A stretch of 64,000 bases of DNA, from positions 195,420 to 259,419 of IMG/VR virus record IMGVR_UViG_3300013094_000017; one strand, given 5' to 3'. The notes beneath the pieces were generated by a model. That model did no database searches. It had not been told where the DNA came from and saw nothing but the letters and a program-made list of their open reading frames with translations. Numbering within the stretch: the stretch's first letter is position 1; every line of letters starts with the position of its first letter. Positions 1 through 10,463 of this stretch are shown here, piece after piece. Position numbers and translations under genes: made by a program.

Positions 1-1
1 T

Positions 2-367
2 ATGGCAGGTGCTAGCGATGTATTTGGATCATTAGCCAACATCGGATCAGCAAGTCCATTAGACATATTAAATACCGCTATCAAAGGCGCAAACCTAGTG
101 AGAAATGCTAAGAGTATTTCCAGTGCAGGGATATCACAAGAAGCTAGCGGATTGGTAACAGGAGTGCTAGGTAACATCAGTGCAACTCCAGCAGGAGTAG
201 TAAACTTAGATGGGACTATTTCACAGGTACCTGCTAGTAATAGAATATCTCAAGGTGTATCGCAATCAGCAGCCGGAATACAGCAGGTAATAAGCCCAGC
301 TGGAGTAAATCTACCGTCAATCGGCGGATCTACTAACATAGTGTCTGCTATCGCTAAAATATTATAG
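2..367 (+). CDS. C-terminal part of a probable virion structural protein (5' end may lie outside the window)
   Basis: Gly/Ala/Ser-rich ORF at the window edge, upstream of head completion and terminase genes; no diagnostic motif. Confidence 0.35.
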   Translation: MAGASDVFGSLANIGSASPLDILNTAIKGANLVRNAKSISSAGISQEASGLVTGVLGNISATPAGVVNLDGTISQVPASNRISQGVSQSAAGIQQVISPAGVNLPSIGGSTNIVSAIAKIL

Positions 368-375
368 GATATAAC

Positions 376-759
376 ATGGCTGTAACATATAACAACGTAC
401 CTAAAGCACCTGCATCGTCGGCATCTAGTTCAGACCAAACCGTACAGGCATTTGATCAATATTATCAAACTCCTATCGCATTAAACAATAATGACCTAGT
501 AGCAATGACTGGATTCTTTGAGAAGCGAGGATTTGGAGTAGATTCAGCAGAGTCAACTGCATTGGTAATCCTACAACAGGCCAAGAAAGATGGGTTTAGT
601 GCCATGCAGGTGATGGATACGTTATCTGGGTTGAACCCTGTAGAAATTAGTGCCCTAGTTGCTGAGATCTTAAATTACAATAGATTTAAAACCAGCAGTC
701 TTGGTACATCGCAGAATTATGCACCGTCATCGGAAGTTACAAGAAATATTATAGCATGA
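376..759 (+). CDS. hypothetical phage protein
   Basis: SD-like AGGA before ATG; ATGA overlap with the next gene. Confidence 0.6.
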   Translation: MAVTYNNVPKAPASSASSSDQTVQAFDQYYQTPIALNNNDLVAMTGFFEKRGFGVDSAESTALVILQQAKKDGFSAMQVMDTLSGLNPVEISALVAEILNYNRFKTSSLGTSQNYAPSSEVTRNIIA

Positions 760-1196
760 GTTTAAAGTTTAGCCAAGGTGTTTATAAGGTAAAGAATCCT
801 GAAAAATATGTAGGGTTAGGAAATCCTCGCTATCGCAGTTCGTGGGAAATATCCGTTATGAAGATGTGCGATGAAAATCCTGCCATCGTACAATGGGCCA
901 GTGAAAGTGTTAAGATACCTTATAGAGATCCACTAACAGGCAAGGCAACAGTGTATGTACCAGACTTCCTTGTGGTGTTCGTGGACAACAAGAATAAGAA
1001 ACGTGCTGAACTTTGGGAAGTAAAACCAATCAACCAAACTTTACTCGAGAAGGTAGGAAAGAATAAGTACAATCAAGCACAGTTCGTTAAGAACCAAGTG
1101 AAATGGGCAGCAGCTAAGAACTGGTGCAAACAGAATGGCCTAACATTTAGGATCATTACAGAACACGATTTATATCATCAAGGTAAAAAACTATGA
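756..1196 (+). CDS. gp4: head completion nuclease, T4 gp4-like (TnsA-N / PD-(D/E)xK fold)
   Basis: YRSSWE, WASE-x-x-x-IPY, Y-x-PDF and EVKP motifs; adjacent to terminase. Confidence 0.85.
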   Translation: MSLKFSQGVYKVKNPEKYVGLGNPRYRSSWEISVMKMCDENPAIVQWASESVKIPYRDPLTGKATVYVPDFLVVFVDNKNKKRAELWEVKPINQTLLEKVGKNKYNQAQFVKNQVKWAAAKNWCKQNGLTFRIITEHDLYHQGKKL

Positions 1197-1669
1197 CTAA
1201 GAAATTAGAAGAGATCTTAGATATCAACCAAAAAGAAGAAACAGTAATTCCTTTATCAGAAGCACCAAAGGCACAGCCGATCTTAGATCTACAAGAAAAG
1301 CTAGAAGAATTTGATAAGATTTCAGCAGCCTTGCCTAGAGTTAAAGGCCTCGGCGATATGGCAGATGATGAACTAGATGCTCTGGCTAATAAAGCAGAAC
1401 AAGCATACGATGATCTAATGGATCTAGGCATGAATGTTGATGCACGCTATGGTTCAAAAATGTTTGAAGTAGCGGCAAATATGCTTAATGCGGCTATTAC
1501 AGCAAAGACAAATAAGATTGAAAAGAAACTTAAAATGGTTGATTTGCAGTTAAAGAAATACAATATTGACAAGAAAACTGCACAAGATAACGGTACTGAA
1601 GTGCAGGGCGAAGGGTATATACTTACCGATCGTAACAGCATATTAGAGAAACTTAAGAATCTTAAATAA
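1193..1669 (+). CDS. probable terminase small subunit
   Basis: helical ORF with FEVAA-x-ML-x-x-A and coiled-coil tail, between gp4 and terL; family recall only. Confidence 0.55.
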   Translation: MTKKLEEILDINQKEETVIPLSEAPKAQPILDLQEKLEEFDKISAALPRVKGLGDMADDELDALANKAEQAYDDLMDLGMNVDARYGSKMFEVAANMLNAAITAKTNKIEKKLKMVDLQLKKYNIDKKTAQDNGTEVQGEGYILTDRNSILEKLKNLK

Positions 1670-1692
1670 ATAAAGCATAGGAACAAACAACC

Positions 1693-2307
1693 ATGACTAA
1701 ACAATTTAAAGACTATCTAGCAGAAAGCACACGCAAATACGATTTCCGAATCAAAATTGCAGGTGAAGTATCTGCTGATAAAGAAGCACTTATTAAAGCA
1801 TTGCTTGGAAAATTTCAATTAGCAGAATTTAAGAAAGCAGGAGTTACTCCAATTCAGGAGTTGCCATTAGACTTTCCTAAGATTAAAAATGCTAGTGTGA
1901 ATATCTATGAAGTAACATTAGATTATCCGGCTACACAGTGGGAACTATCAGAATACATTTGCGCCAATGCAAATATTGTTCCAGAATCAATTGTAGTGCG
2001 TCGCCCACACGAAGCATTAGAAGAATATCAACAACCGCAAGAAGCTCGCACAGAAGCACTATTAACAGATAGTGAATATAAAGAATCACCAAATGCTAAC
2101 TTTGATGACTACTATGGCGACAAATACAACACAGGCTTCGTTAAAGAACTTAACGATATCTTAAAATTACAACGCAAAGAACGCGGTGAAGAAATCCCAG
2201 AATCTAAAGCAGACGATGTTATTAAGAATCCAGGCAAAACTTCAAATGAAATTCCACAATACAAAAATAGTCCAATCAAACAAACAGACTATGATCCAAG
2301 GAAATAA
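1693..2307 (+). CDS. probable head-associated protein with capsid-targeting-like N-terminus
   Basis: MTKQFKDYLAE resembles the T4 capsid targeting sequence MKTYQEFIAE; TAAATA upstream. Confidence 0.5.
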   Translation: MTKQFKDYLAESTRKYDFRIKIAGEVSADKEALIKALLGKFQLAEFKKAGVTPIQELPLDFPKIKNASVNIYEVTLDYPATQWELSEYICANANIVPESIVVRRPHEALEEYQQPQEARTEALLTDSEYKESPNANFDDYYGDKYNTGFVKELNDILKLQRKERGEEIPESKADDVIKNPGKTSNEIPQYKNSPIKQTDYDPRK

Positions 2308-2309
2308 TT

Positions 2310-3893
2310 ATGAACATGAACGATTTATTAAAAAAACTAGCCGGCTTAGATACTAAGAAAACTTCAGTATTGAAAGAAAGCGTTAACGAACGCGGTATGT
2401 CTATGAATGTAGATGAATGGGAAACAGATCCTGCTGCACACGATCAAGAGTTAATTGACTCATGGCATGATCAGGTAGTTGATGCTTTAAATCAATACGA
2501 AATTGATGGCCCGCTATCGGATAAAGAATTAGAAGAACTTTGTCGCGCAGTGTCTAGTGATCTAAACGATGAAGTAGATCACAAAACTGTTCATAAAATT
2601 ATTGCAGGTGAATTAGACCAACGTGAACACGATCATGCTAATGATGGGTCATATGACAGCAGTGATGATGCAGCGGCATTGGCATCAGCAGGTCACGGCA
2701 GTGATGAAGATTACGGCACTTATGAAGAAGGTGCAGAGTTTGGCGCATACGATTACGAACAACTAGCACAAGCAGTATACGATAAGATCCCACACTTAGA
2801 TACCAGTGGAAGAGCTGCTGAACTTATCAGCACAGGACACATCTTTGCTAAAAAAATGTTTGGTGATAAAGAAGCCAACTATTTGTTTAGACACGAAGAC
2901 TTCCCTGCAGACTTCGTAAGTTCATATTCATATCTACAAAAACAACACGCAGGAAAAGAAAGCGCAGGTGCTCAAGGTGACGTCGGTGGCGCACACGGTG
3001 AAGAAACAATCAGCCCAGTACATGGAGAAAGTATGGAAAAAGATCTATCAATGGAAAGTTTAAGAGTACTTTCTGGCTTGAACAAAGCAATCAATGAATG
3101 TGGTATCCCATCTGCAATGGGCGCAAGCACACCGGCAAGTATTAATATTACCGCTGCCAATGGTTCAGAACTAACTGGAATGTTAAAAGACATTATGAAT
3201 TTAGCTGGCGTACAACAAGTTACTCCGCAACACATGCCGATTGATGTAATAGCATCTCCGGCAGAAGTTGATCATATGCCAGTAGCACAACACGAACCAG
3301 ATATGGCCACGCTTATCAAAGCAGTCGACCAACCAGAAGCAAATACTGATAGCATGAATGATCATGAAGAAGAAACAGACGAATCAAGTGGCGAGAAAGA
3401 AGAGAATCGTCCTTGGGATTCTAGCCCACACGAAAAGATTCGTCAAGACGGTGTTCGTAAATTTGGTGATTCAAATTCAGGAGATGGTAAAGGACGTATT
3501 GGTACACAACCAAACGCACGTACAACAGAATCAGTTGCAGAACGTTTATACTCTGAATATAAAAAATTCGTAGCAGAAGCCGCAGCAGACGAACCAGCAG
3601 CTCCGGATGCAGATGCTATTGCTAAACGTAAACGTCTACAAGCAATTAAAGATCGTCAAGAAGATGCAGCAGCAGAAAAATCATATAAGAAAGATAGCAA
3701 TGTTCGCGTGCATCATGCTAAACACGATGATGCTGATATGGACGAAGGATACGATAGCCGTGATGCATATCAAAAGTCTGATCCTAAACATCCAGATTTC
3801 AAAAAGAACTTTGAAAAGTATCATGCAGCAAATTCTCATAAATCAAGATCAGATGCACTAGCTGATTTTGTTAAGAAGATGAAATCAAGATAA
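2310..3893 (+). CDS. acidic probable internal head protein
   Basis: very D/E-rich; several L/V-x-E putative prohead protease sites; KLAGL, RVLSGL, MNLAGV motifs. Confidence 0.5.
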   Translation: MNMNDLLKKLAGLDTKKTSVLKESVNERGMSMNVDEWETDPAAHDQELIDSWHDQVVDALNQYEIDGPLSDKELEELCRAVSSDLNDEVDHKTVHKIIAGELDQREHDHANDGSYDSSDDAAALASAGHGSDEDYGTYEEGAEFGAYDYEQLAQAVYDKIPHLDTSGRAAELISTGHIFAKKMFGDKEANYLFRHEDFPADFVSSYSYLQKQHAGKESAGAQGDVGGAHGEETISPVHGESMEKDLSMESLRVLSGLNKAINECGIPSAMGASTPASINITAANGSELTGMLKDIMNLAGVQQVTPQHMPIDVIASPAEVDHMPVAQHEPDMATLIKAVDQPEANTDSMNDHEEETDESSGEKEENRPWDSSPHEKIRQDGVRKFGDSNSGDGKGRIGTQPNARTTESVAERLYSEYKKFVAEAAADEPAAPDADAIAKRKRLQAIKDRQEDAAAEKSYKKDSNVRVHHAKHDDADMDEGYDSRDAYQKSDPKHPDFKKNFEKYHAANSHKSRSDALADFVKKMKSR

Positions 3894-3914
3894 TACCTTA
3901 GACATAGTCAACCA

Positions 3915-3941
3915 AATAGCCTCTACGGAGGCTATTTTTTT
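3915..3941 (+). terminator. rho-independent terminator
   Basis: AATAGCCTC-TACG-GAGGCTATT stem with C(UACG)G loop followed by a T run. Confidence 0.9.
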
Positions 3942-3955
3942 CATTAAATAAACAT

Positions 3956-5545
3956 ATGGCAAGTAAATCATTAGACGGTAACCTAGTAAAGAAAGCACAC
4001 TCTACTCAGAAGTATACCAATCAACAAATTGAAGACCTTCTAAAGTGTAGCGATCCTAGTACGGGTCCGGCATATTTTCTAGCAAACTTTTTCTTTATAC
4101 AGCATCCTACTAAAGGTAAGATCTCGTATAAAGCATTCCAATATCAGGAAGAATTATTAGAAAGCTATCACTCACATAGATTCAGTGTAAACATGCTAGG
4201 TCGTCAGATGGGTAAAACGACCACTGCCGTGGGATATCTCTTATGGTATGCTATGTTTGTTGACAACAGCACTATCTTAATTGCCGCACACAAATACACA
4301 GGTGCTAAAGAAATTATGCAACGCTTACGCTACGCATATGAAACTTGCCCAGATCATATTCGATGCGGTGTTACAAGTTACAATAAAGAATCAATTGAAT
4401 TTGACAACGGTAGCCGCATAGTAGCACAGACAACAACAGAAACAACAGGTCGTGGTATGTCACTATCACTACTATACTGTGATGAGTTTGCGTTCGTTCC
4501 ACCTAACGTAGCTTCTGAGTTTTGGACTTCAATATCTCCTACACTAGCCACAGGTGGTAAGGCTATTATTACAAGTACTCCAAACAGTGATGAAGATCAA
4601 TTTGCACAGATTTGGAATGAAGCTAATAAGCGATTTGACGAATACGGTAACGAAACTGAAGTAGGACGTAACGGCTTTGCTCCTTACATGGCTATTTGGA
4701 ATCAGCATCCAGATCGCGATGAAAAATGGAAAGCAGAAGAAATGTCGCGTGTGGGCGAAGAACGTTTCCGCCGTGAACATAATTGCGAATTCTTAATCTT
4801 CGACGAAACCTTGGTTAACGCTATTAGCCTTTCTGATATGGAAGGCAGAGAACCTATTATGAAAATGGGGCAAGCACGTTGGTACAAGAAAATCAATCCT
4901 GCTAGCACATACATTGTATCATTAGATCCTAGCCTGGGCACAGGTGGAGATTATGCTGCTATTGAGATCTTAGAAGTACCTAGTATGGAACAAGTAGGTG
5001 AGTGGCATCATAATATGACACCCGTACAAGCACAAGCCCGTATACTACGAGACCTATTAAAGTATATCGAAGATCAATGTTCCTTACAGGGTGTTACCCC
5101 GAGCATTTATTATTCTATCGAAAACAATACAGTAGGCGAAGCTGCCTTGGTTGCTATTAATGAATTAGGTGAAGAATCATACCCCGGCATGTTCTTAAGC
5201 GAGCCGATTAAGAAAGGACACGTTCGTCGTTTTCGTAAAGGATTTAACACAACACATTCGGCTAAAATCAATGCCTGTGCCAAACTAAAACAACTAATCG
5301 AATCACGCCAGCTTAAGGTGTACAGTAAGACCTTAATTAGCGAACTCAAAACATTTGTGGCTGCAGGTATTACCTACAAAGCCAAAACAGGACAGCACGA
5401 CGACTTAGTTTCAAGCCTGTTGCTGGCCATGCGTATGATATTAATACTGCAAGATTGGGATCCAAGCATCTATGAAAAGATGCGAGATCATACAGGGTTA
5501 GAGGAACACGATCTTCCTATGCCTATCTATATCAGCTCTTACTAA
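3956..5545 (+). CDS. terL: terminase large subunit (T4 gp17-like)
   Basis: GRQMGKTT Walker A, LLYCDEFAF Walker B, ITSTPN motif, nuclease DPSLG ... HDDLV. Confidence 0.96.
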   Translation: MASKSLDGNLVKKAHSTQKYTNQQIEDLLKCSDPSTGPAYFLANFFFIQHPTKGKISYKAFQYQEELLESYHSHRFSVNMLGRQMGKTTTAVGYLLWYAMFVDNSTILIAAHKYTGAKEIMQRLRYAYETCPDHIRCGVTSYNKESIEFDNGSRIVAQTTTETTGRGMSLSLLYCDEFAFVPPNVASEFWTSISPTLATGGKAIITSTPNSDEDQFAQIWNEANKRFDEYGNETEVGRNGFAPYMAIWNQHPDRDEKWKAEEMSRVGEERFRREHNCEFLIFDETLVNAISLSDMEGREPIMKMGQARWYKKINPASTYIVSLDPSLGTGGDYAAIEILEVPSMEQVGEWHHNMTPVQAQARILRDLLKYIEDQCSLQGVTPSIYYSIENNTVGEAALVAINELGEESYPGMFLSEPIKKGHVRRFRKGFNTTHSAKINACAKLKQLIESRQLKVYSKTLISELKTFVAAGITYKAKTGQHDDLVSSLLLAMRMILILQDWDPSIYEKMRDHTGLEEHDLPMPIYISSY

Positions 5546-5554
5546 ATATACATT

Positions 5555-7525
5555 ATGGACGCTATCAATTTAATATCACAAGATTTATTCGACAAGGTGC
5601 GTAGCCGCTATTCTAACCTAGAAATGGGTGACGAAGATGGCAACGTAACGTCAGATCCTCGCGAAGCACGCTTTTTTGACTTTGATTACACTGTTGAAGG
5701 TAACAATATAGGCCGTGTTAGTATTTCAATCAACGAGCGCGGATCACTTAAAGTATTCTACGGACAAGGTATCTTAGAAGGTACTGATCCAATAACACAA
5801 GAAATGTGGTTTGATTTCTTAAGAGAAATGCGATTATTTGCCAAACGTAGATTAATGCGTTTTGATACACGCGATATTACCAAGTCCAATTTAGATAAAA
5901 ACGATTTTCAATACCTAGCAAACACAGGGTCAAAGGAAGAGAACATGTCAGAAAGCAAAATGTACGGTAGCTCAAAAAGCAGTTACCTCCCACTAGAAAA
6001 AACACGCCTAATTATCCGTCACAACAAAGCAGTTGACGAAGAACAACGTGGATCACGTAGCCGCAACATCAACGCATTATACGTTGAAAATGCCGAAGGC
6101 GAGCGTTTCAAATATCCATATATTCATCTAGCAGGTGCCAAAGCCATGCAACGCCATGTGGCCAACGGCGGTCGTCCGTACGATGAGTGTGGCAATGCTA
6201 TTATTAAAATGAGTGAACAGATTGCTCAGTTAAATGCTTTCAAACGTCACGTTGGTAAACATGATAGCATGCACAATGAAGCAAACGATATCATGGAAAA
6301 AGCCAGCATGAAGCTAGAACACCTACGTGGGCAGATCAATGCTTTATGCAAACAAGGACACTACGAAAGTTGGAAAGAAAGTTATATTCCAGAAGAAGGT
6401 GGCGAGATTGGCAACATTGATCAAGCAACTATGGAAAACTACAAGAGCAAATTTACAGTTAGTACATTTGCTGAAGACCTAGCACAGTACTTCCCACTTA
6501 TACACTCTATTATGCAAGAAGCAGGTACAGTTGATTTAGATGACTATGTAGGCGAAGCTAAAGAAGAATATTGCGATAGTTGCGATAAAGTTATTAGCAA
6601 ATGCACCTGCGATGAAGACGACCTAGACGAGCATGTAGGATTTGATGCATTTGAATCATGGGCTAACGCAGTAACTGAAGGCAAACTAACAGATGACGAA
6701 ATTGCTAATTTGAAAGATTTGATCAGTGGCCAAGACTTTACTCTAGGAGTAGACGGTACTAATGCTATTGAATCATTACAGGATATCGGTATTGATGATC
6801 CTGATCTACTCGCAGCATTGGCAGAATTAGCCAACGTAAATTCAGAAGCAGATCCAAAACCAACTATTGGCGCATGGTTAAGTAAATTCGATCCAGATGC
6901 TGCTCACGCATTAGGATTAGAACATGAACAGTCTGCTGCCCCTGCTCCGGAAGAAGCACCAGCTGAAGAAGAAGGCTATGAAGATCATATGGCCACAAAC
7001 AAATTTGCACATTATAATAAAATGAAAACAGCAGGTGCAAAACCAAAAGAGCCAAATTTAAGTGTGGGTCAAAAACTTAAGAGTATTGTTAAAGGTGCTC
7101 AAGCATGGGTTAACAATAAACCAGATAGCGACAGTGATTTGGATCTTGGTGAAGAAGATGAAATCGGTGGCGAAATGCCACAAGAAGAAGTTACTCTACA
7201 AGATATTGCCGAAATGGTTAAGAGCTTCTATGATAGAGAAACTAAGAAGTTTCCACTAGGCAAAACCGGTGTTGTTACTAAAGTACGTAAAGAGATGGGC
7301 GACAATGCTGCCGAATTAGCAGAACGTTTAGTGGACCATTTAGAAGATACCTGCGATGAAGAGCAACAAAACGATATGGCACTTGAACCAAACGATAGTC
7401 AAAGCCCAATACACGGCGGAGAACCACGCAGCCCAGAAACAGATGACAGAGGTTGGTTTGGTCACGACGAGGTAGAACAAGAAGCATTTGAAGATATTCT
7501 ACGTTTATCAGGCATCAAAAAATAA
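5555..7525 (+). CDS. large hypothetical protein, probably virion-associated
   Basis: 656 aa, acidic C-terminal half ending EDILRLSGIKK; late promoter TAAATA 6 nt before ATG. Confidence 0.55.
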   Translation: MDAINLISQDLFDKVRSRYSNLEMGDEDGNVTSDPREARFFDFDYTVEGNNIGRVSISINERGSLKVFYGQGILEGTDPITQEMWFDFLREMRLFAKRRLMRFDTRDITKSNLDKNDFQYLANTGSKEENMSESKMYGSSKSSYLPLEKTRLIIRHNKAVDEEQRGSRSRNINALYVENAEGERFKYPYIHLAGAKAMQRHVANGGRPYDECGNAIIKMSEQIAQLNAFKRHVGKHDSMHNEANDIMEKASMKLEHLRGQINALCKQGHYESWKESYIPEEGGEIGNIDQATMENYKSKFTVSTFAEDLAQYFPLIHSIMQEAGTVDLDDYVGEAKEEYCDSCDKVISKCTCDEDDLDEHVGFDAFESWANAVTEGKLTDDEIANLKDLISGQDFTLGVDGTNAIESLQDIGIDDPDLLAALAELANVNSEADPKPTIGAWLSKFDPDAAHALGLEHEQSAAPAPEEAPAEEEGYEDHMATNKFAHYNKMKTAGAKPKEPNLSVGQKLKSIVKGAQAWVNNKPDSDSDLDLGEEDEIGGEMPQEEVTLQDIAEMVKSFYDRETKKFPLGKTGVVTKVRKEMGDNAAELAERLVDHLEDTCDEEQQNDMALEPNDSQSPIHGGEPRSPETDDRGWFGHDEVEQEAFEDILRLSGIKK

Positions 7526-7549
7526 CCGAAAATAATTGTCAATTAACCA

Positions 7550-7579
7550 TTGACATGATAAATAAAGCTGTGTTATAGT
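7550..7579 (+). promoter_or_regulatory. nested sigma70-type (TTGACA...TATAGT) and late (TAAATA) promoters for the gp32-uvsX operon
   Basis: TTGACA 7550-7555, TAAATA 7559-7564, TATAGT 7574-7579. Confidence 0.6.
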
Positions 7580-7660
7580 TAACGCTATGCACAGTTTTTT
7601 CTTTTAGTCAGTTGGCTTTAAGAGAATGGCACATTAAATTTTATAATAAGGAAAATCATT

Positions 7661-8683
7661 ATGGCAACACTCGCAGAAATCAGAGCAAAACTTCAAGCAT
7701 CAAGTCAACAAAACGGCGACCGTCAAGGTGGCGGTGACAACGCAATTTACCCACATTGGAATATCGCAGAAGGAACAAACGCAACCGTACGTTTCTTACC
7801 TGACGCAGATCCAAACAACACTTTCTTCTGGATCGAACGAGCAATGATCAAATTGCCTTTCGCAGGAGTTAAAGGTGAAACAAATAGTAAACCAGTAACT
7901 GTACAAGTACCTTGTATGGAAATGTGGGGCGAAACTTGTCCAATCTTAACTGAAGTACGTCCTTGGTTTAAGGATAAGAGTTTAGAAGAACAAGGTCGTA
8001 AGTACTGGAAAAAGAAATCATATCTATTCCAAGGCTTTGTGGTAGATAGTAGCTATCAAGAAACTGGTACACCACCAGCAAATCCAATCCGTCGATTCAT
8101 TATCGGAAGTCAAATCTTTAATATCGTTAAGGCAGCATTGCTTGACCCAGATATGGAAGAATTGCCAACAGATTATGTACGTGGCGTTGATTTCAAAATC
8201 ACTAAGACATCGAAAGGTGGCTATGCAGATTACTCAACTTCAAATTGGGCTCGTCGTGAACGTGCGTTAAGCGAAGAAGAATTGTCAGCAATTAAGACAA
8301 ACAACTTGTTTAATCTCAAGGACTTCTTACCTAAGAAACCAGGTGATGTAGAACTTCAAGTTATGAAAGAAATGTTTGAAGCATCAGTAGATGGTGAAGC
8401 ATATGACGCAGATCGTTGGGGTCAATACTTTAAACCTAGTGGTTACAATGCTCCAGCAGGCTCAGCAGCAGCGGCTCCAGTAGCTGAAAGTGCACCGGCA
8501 GCAGTGGCAGCACCTGTAGTTAAGGCAGCACCAATTCCTGAAATCAATGAAGATGAAGATTTACCATTTGACGCAGATGCTCCAGTAGCAACAGCCAGCG
8601 CACCTACTCCAACAGGTAGTGACAGTGCTAGCTCACGTGCTCAAGACATCTTAGCAGCAATCCGCAATCGCTCACAAGCGTAA
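7661..8683 (+). CDS. gp32: single-stranded DNA-binding protein, T4 gp32-like
   Basis: TVRFLPD, CPI, YWKKKSY, DF-K-I-x-K-T-x-K-G-G-Y-A-D-Y; acidic/Ala-rich tail. Confidence 0.92.
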   Translation: MATLAEIRAKLQASSQQNGDRQGGGDNAIYPHWNIAEGTNATVRFLPDADPNNTFFWIERAMIKLPFAGVKGETNSKPVTVQVPCMEMWGETCPILTEVRPWFKDKSLEEQGRKYWKKKSYLFQGFVVDSSYQETGTPPANPIRRFIIGSQIFNIVKAALLDPDMEELPTDYVRGVDFKITKTSKGGYADYSTSNWARRERALSEEELSAIKTNNLFNLKDFLPKKPGDVELQVMKEMFEASVDGEAYDADRWGQYFKPSGYNAPAGSAAAAPVAESAPAAVAAPVVKAAPIPEINEDEDLPFDADAPVATASAPTPTGSDSASSRAQDILAAIRNRSQA

Positions 8684-8693
8684 GGGGTGCTAA

Positions 8694-9755
8694 ATGAAAT
8701 CATTTGATATCTCAAAATTCCGCAAGGGATTGACTAAAAGTATTGATGGTCTTGGTATTGGATTTAACGATCCAACCGATTGGATTTCAACTGGCAACTA
8801 TGCACTAAACTATCTTATCTCAGGGGACTTCTTTAAGGGAGTTCCCCTTGGTAAGGTAACAGTGTTTGCTGGTGAATCTGGTGCAGGAAAATCATACATC
8901 TGTTCAGGTAACATTATCAAGGCAGCACAAGAGCAAGGCATTTACGTTATCTTAGTTGATAGCGAAAACGCACTTGACGAAGCATGGTTACATGCTTTAG
9001 GTGTTGATACTACAGAAGATAAACTTCTTAAGTTAAACATGGCTATGATTGATGATGTGGCAAAAACTATCAGTGAGTTTATGAAAGAATATAAAGGTAT
9101 GCCTGCAGAAGAGCGTCCAAAAGTATTATTTGTAATTGACTCATTAGGCATGTTATTAACTCCAACTGATGTAAATCAATTTGAAGCAGGTGAAATGAAA
9201 GGTGATATGGGTCGTAAACCTAAAGCACTTACAGCACTTGTACGTAATTGTGTAAATCAGTTTGGTACATATAATGTAGGTATGGTGTGTACTAATCACA
9301 CATACGCAAGTCAAGATATGTTTGATCCAGATGACAAAATTTCCGGCGGTCAGGGCTTTATCTATGCAAGTTCAATTGTAGTAGCAATGCGTAAATTGAA
9401 ACTTAAAGTAGATGCAGACGGTAACAAAACTTCAGAAGTGCATGGCATTCGTTCGGCATGTAAGATCATGAAAACACGTTATGCTAAACCTTTTGAAGCT
9501 GTTCAAGTTGAAATTCCTTACACAACAGGTATGGCACCAACTAGTGGACTAGTTGACCTATTTGAAGCAAAAGGTGTATTAACTAAGAGCGGTAATAAGT
9601 TACAATATGTAAACAAAGCAACAGGTGAAATTACATCAGAGTTTCGTAAGAATTGGTCAGAAGAAAAACTAATGGCCATTATGAAAGAATGGGATGATAC
9701 TGCTACAACTGTTAGTAGCGAAGCATTAGTAGATACAGAAGGCGAGGACGCATAA
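8694..9755 (+). CDS. uvsX: UvsX/RecA-like recombinase
   Basis: GESGAGKS Walker A, VIDSLG Walker B, NHTY, SGGQG. Confidence 0.95.
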   Translation: MKSFDISKFRKGLTKSIDGLGIGFNDPTDWISTGNYALNYLISGDFFKGVPLGKVTVFAGESGAGKSYICSGNIIKAAQEQGIYVILVDSENALDEAWLHALGVDTTEDKLLKLNMAMIDDVAKTISEFMKEYKGMPAEERPKVLFVIDSLGMLLTPTDVNQFEAGEMKGDMGRKPKALTALVRNCVNQFGTYNVGMVCTNHTYASQDMFDPDDKISGGQGFIYASSIVVAMRKLKLKVDADGNKTSEVHGIRSACKIMKTRYAKPFEAVQVEIPYTTGMAPTSGLVDLFEAKGVLTKSGNKLQYVNKATGEITSEFRKNWSEEKLMAIMKEWDDTATTVSSEALVDTEGEDA

Positions 9756-9756
9756 A

Positions 9757-10005
9757 ATGGATGACAGTTTAATTATGGAAATATGGGATACATTCAAAGA
9801 GTATATCCCGGAAAAAAATAAAGACACAGCGGCAAATCATTATGTCGATTATCTGTTAGGTAAGGATGTAGAACCAAGTGTCTTAGAAACTTTCGTAGGT
9901 TACGATTCACATCTTGACGATGCTATTAAGGCAGTAGTTGAAGAAGAAAAAGGCTACGAGGAAGAAGAAAGTGATTGGAGTGATGACTCGGACGAGGATT
10001 ACTAA
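9757..10005 (+). CDS. small acidic hypothetical protein
   Basis: translationally coupled between uvsX and uvsY. Confidence 0.6.
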   Translation: MDDSLIMEIWDTFKEYIPEKNKDTAANHYVDYLLGKDVEPSVLETFVGYDSHLDDAIKAVVEEEKGYEEEESDWSDDSDEDY

Positions 10006-10463
10006 TGGCACACTGGTACGCAAAGGTTAGTAAGGACATTACTCACCTACCAGAGTGTATCGATCACTTCTATAAAGAACTGGAAGATGCTAAACGCGAA
10101 GTTAAGATCTATGGTAACATAGAAAAGGCCAGCGCGGCACTTCCAGGCATTGTAGAGCAACGTTTCAATCAGCTTCAAGAAATTGAAGCTGTATTGGAAT
10201 ACCTAAACATTGAACTACGTCGGGTTAGATCTAAGACATTTAAGAAATATCTTGAGAACTATCAACGTGCGTTAAGTTCGCGTGATGTTGAAAAATATGT
10301 TGATGGAGAAGCAGACGTAGTTGATATGGAAAAGATCATTAACGAGTTTGCCCTACTACGCAACCAATGGATCGGCATTATCAAAGCCGTTGACCAAAAG
10401 CAATGGCAAATTACTAATATTGTTAAACTGCGAGCAGCAGGCCTAGAAGACGCGAGTCTATAA
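10005..10463 (+). CDS. uvsY: UvsY-like recombination mediator
   Basis: helical protein with YLENY-x-R-A-L-S-S-R-D-x-E-K-Y-V-D-G-E; position in the uvsX-uvsW cluster. Confidence 0.8.
   Translation: MAHWYAKVSKDITHLPECIDHFYKELEDAKREVKIYGNIEKASAALPGIVEQRFNQLQEIEAVLEYLNIELRRVRSKTFKKYLENYQRALSSRDVEKYVDGEADVVDMEKIINEFALLRNQWIGIIKAVDQKQWQITNIVKLRAAGLEDASL

Noticed and set aside
756-1196. TnsA/Tn7 transposon
   Set aside because: Same fold as T4 gp4; context is head and terminase genes, with no tnsB/C or transposon ends
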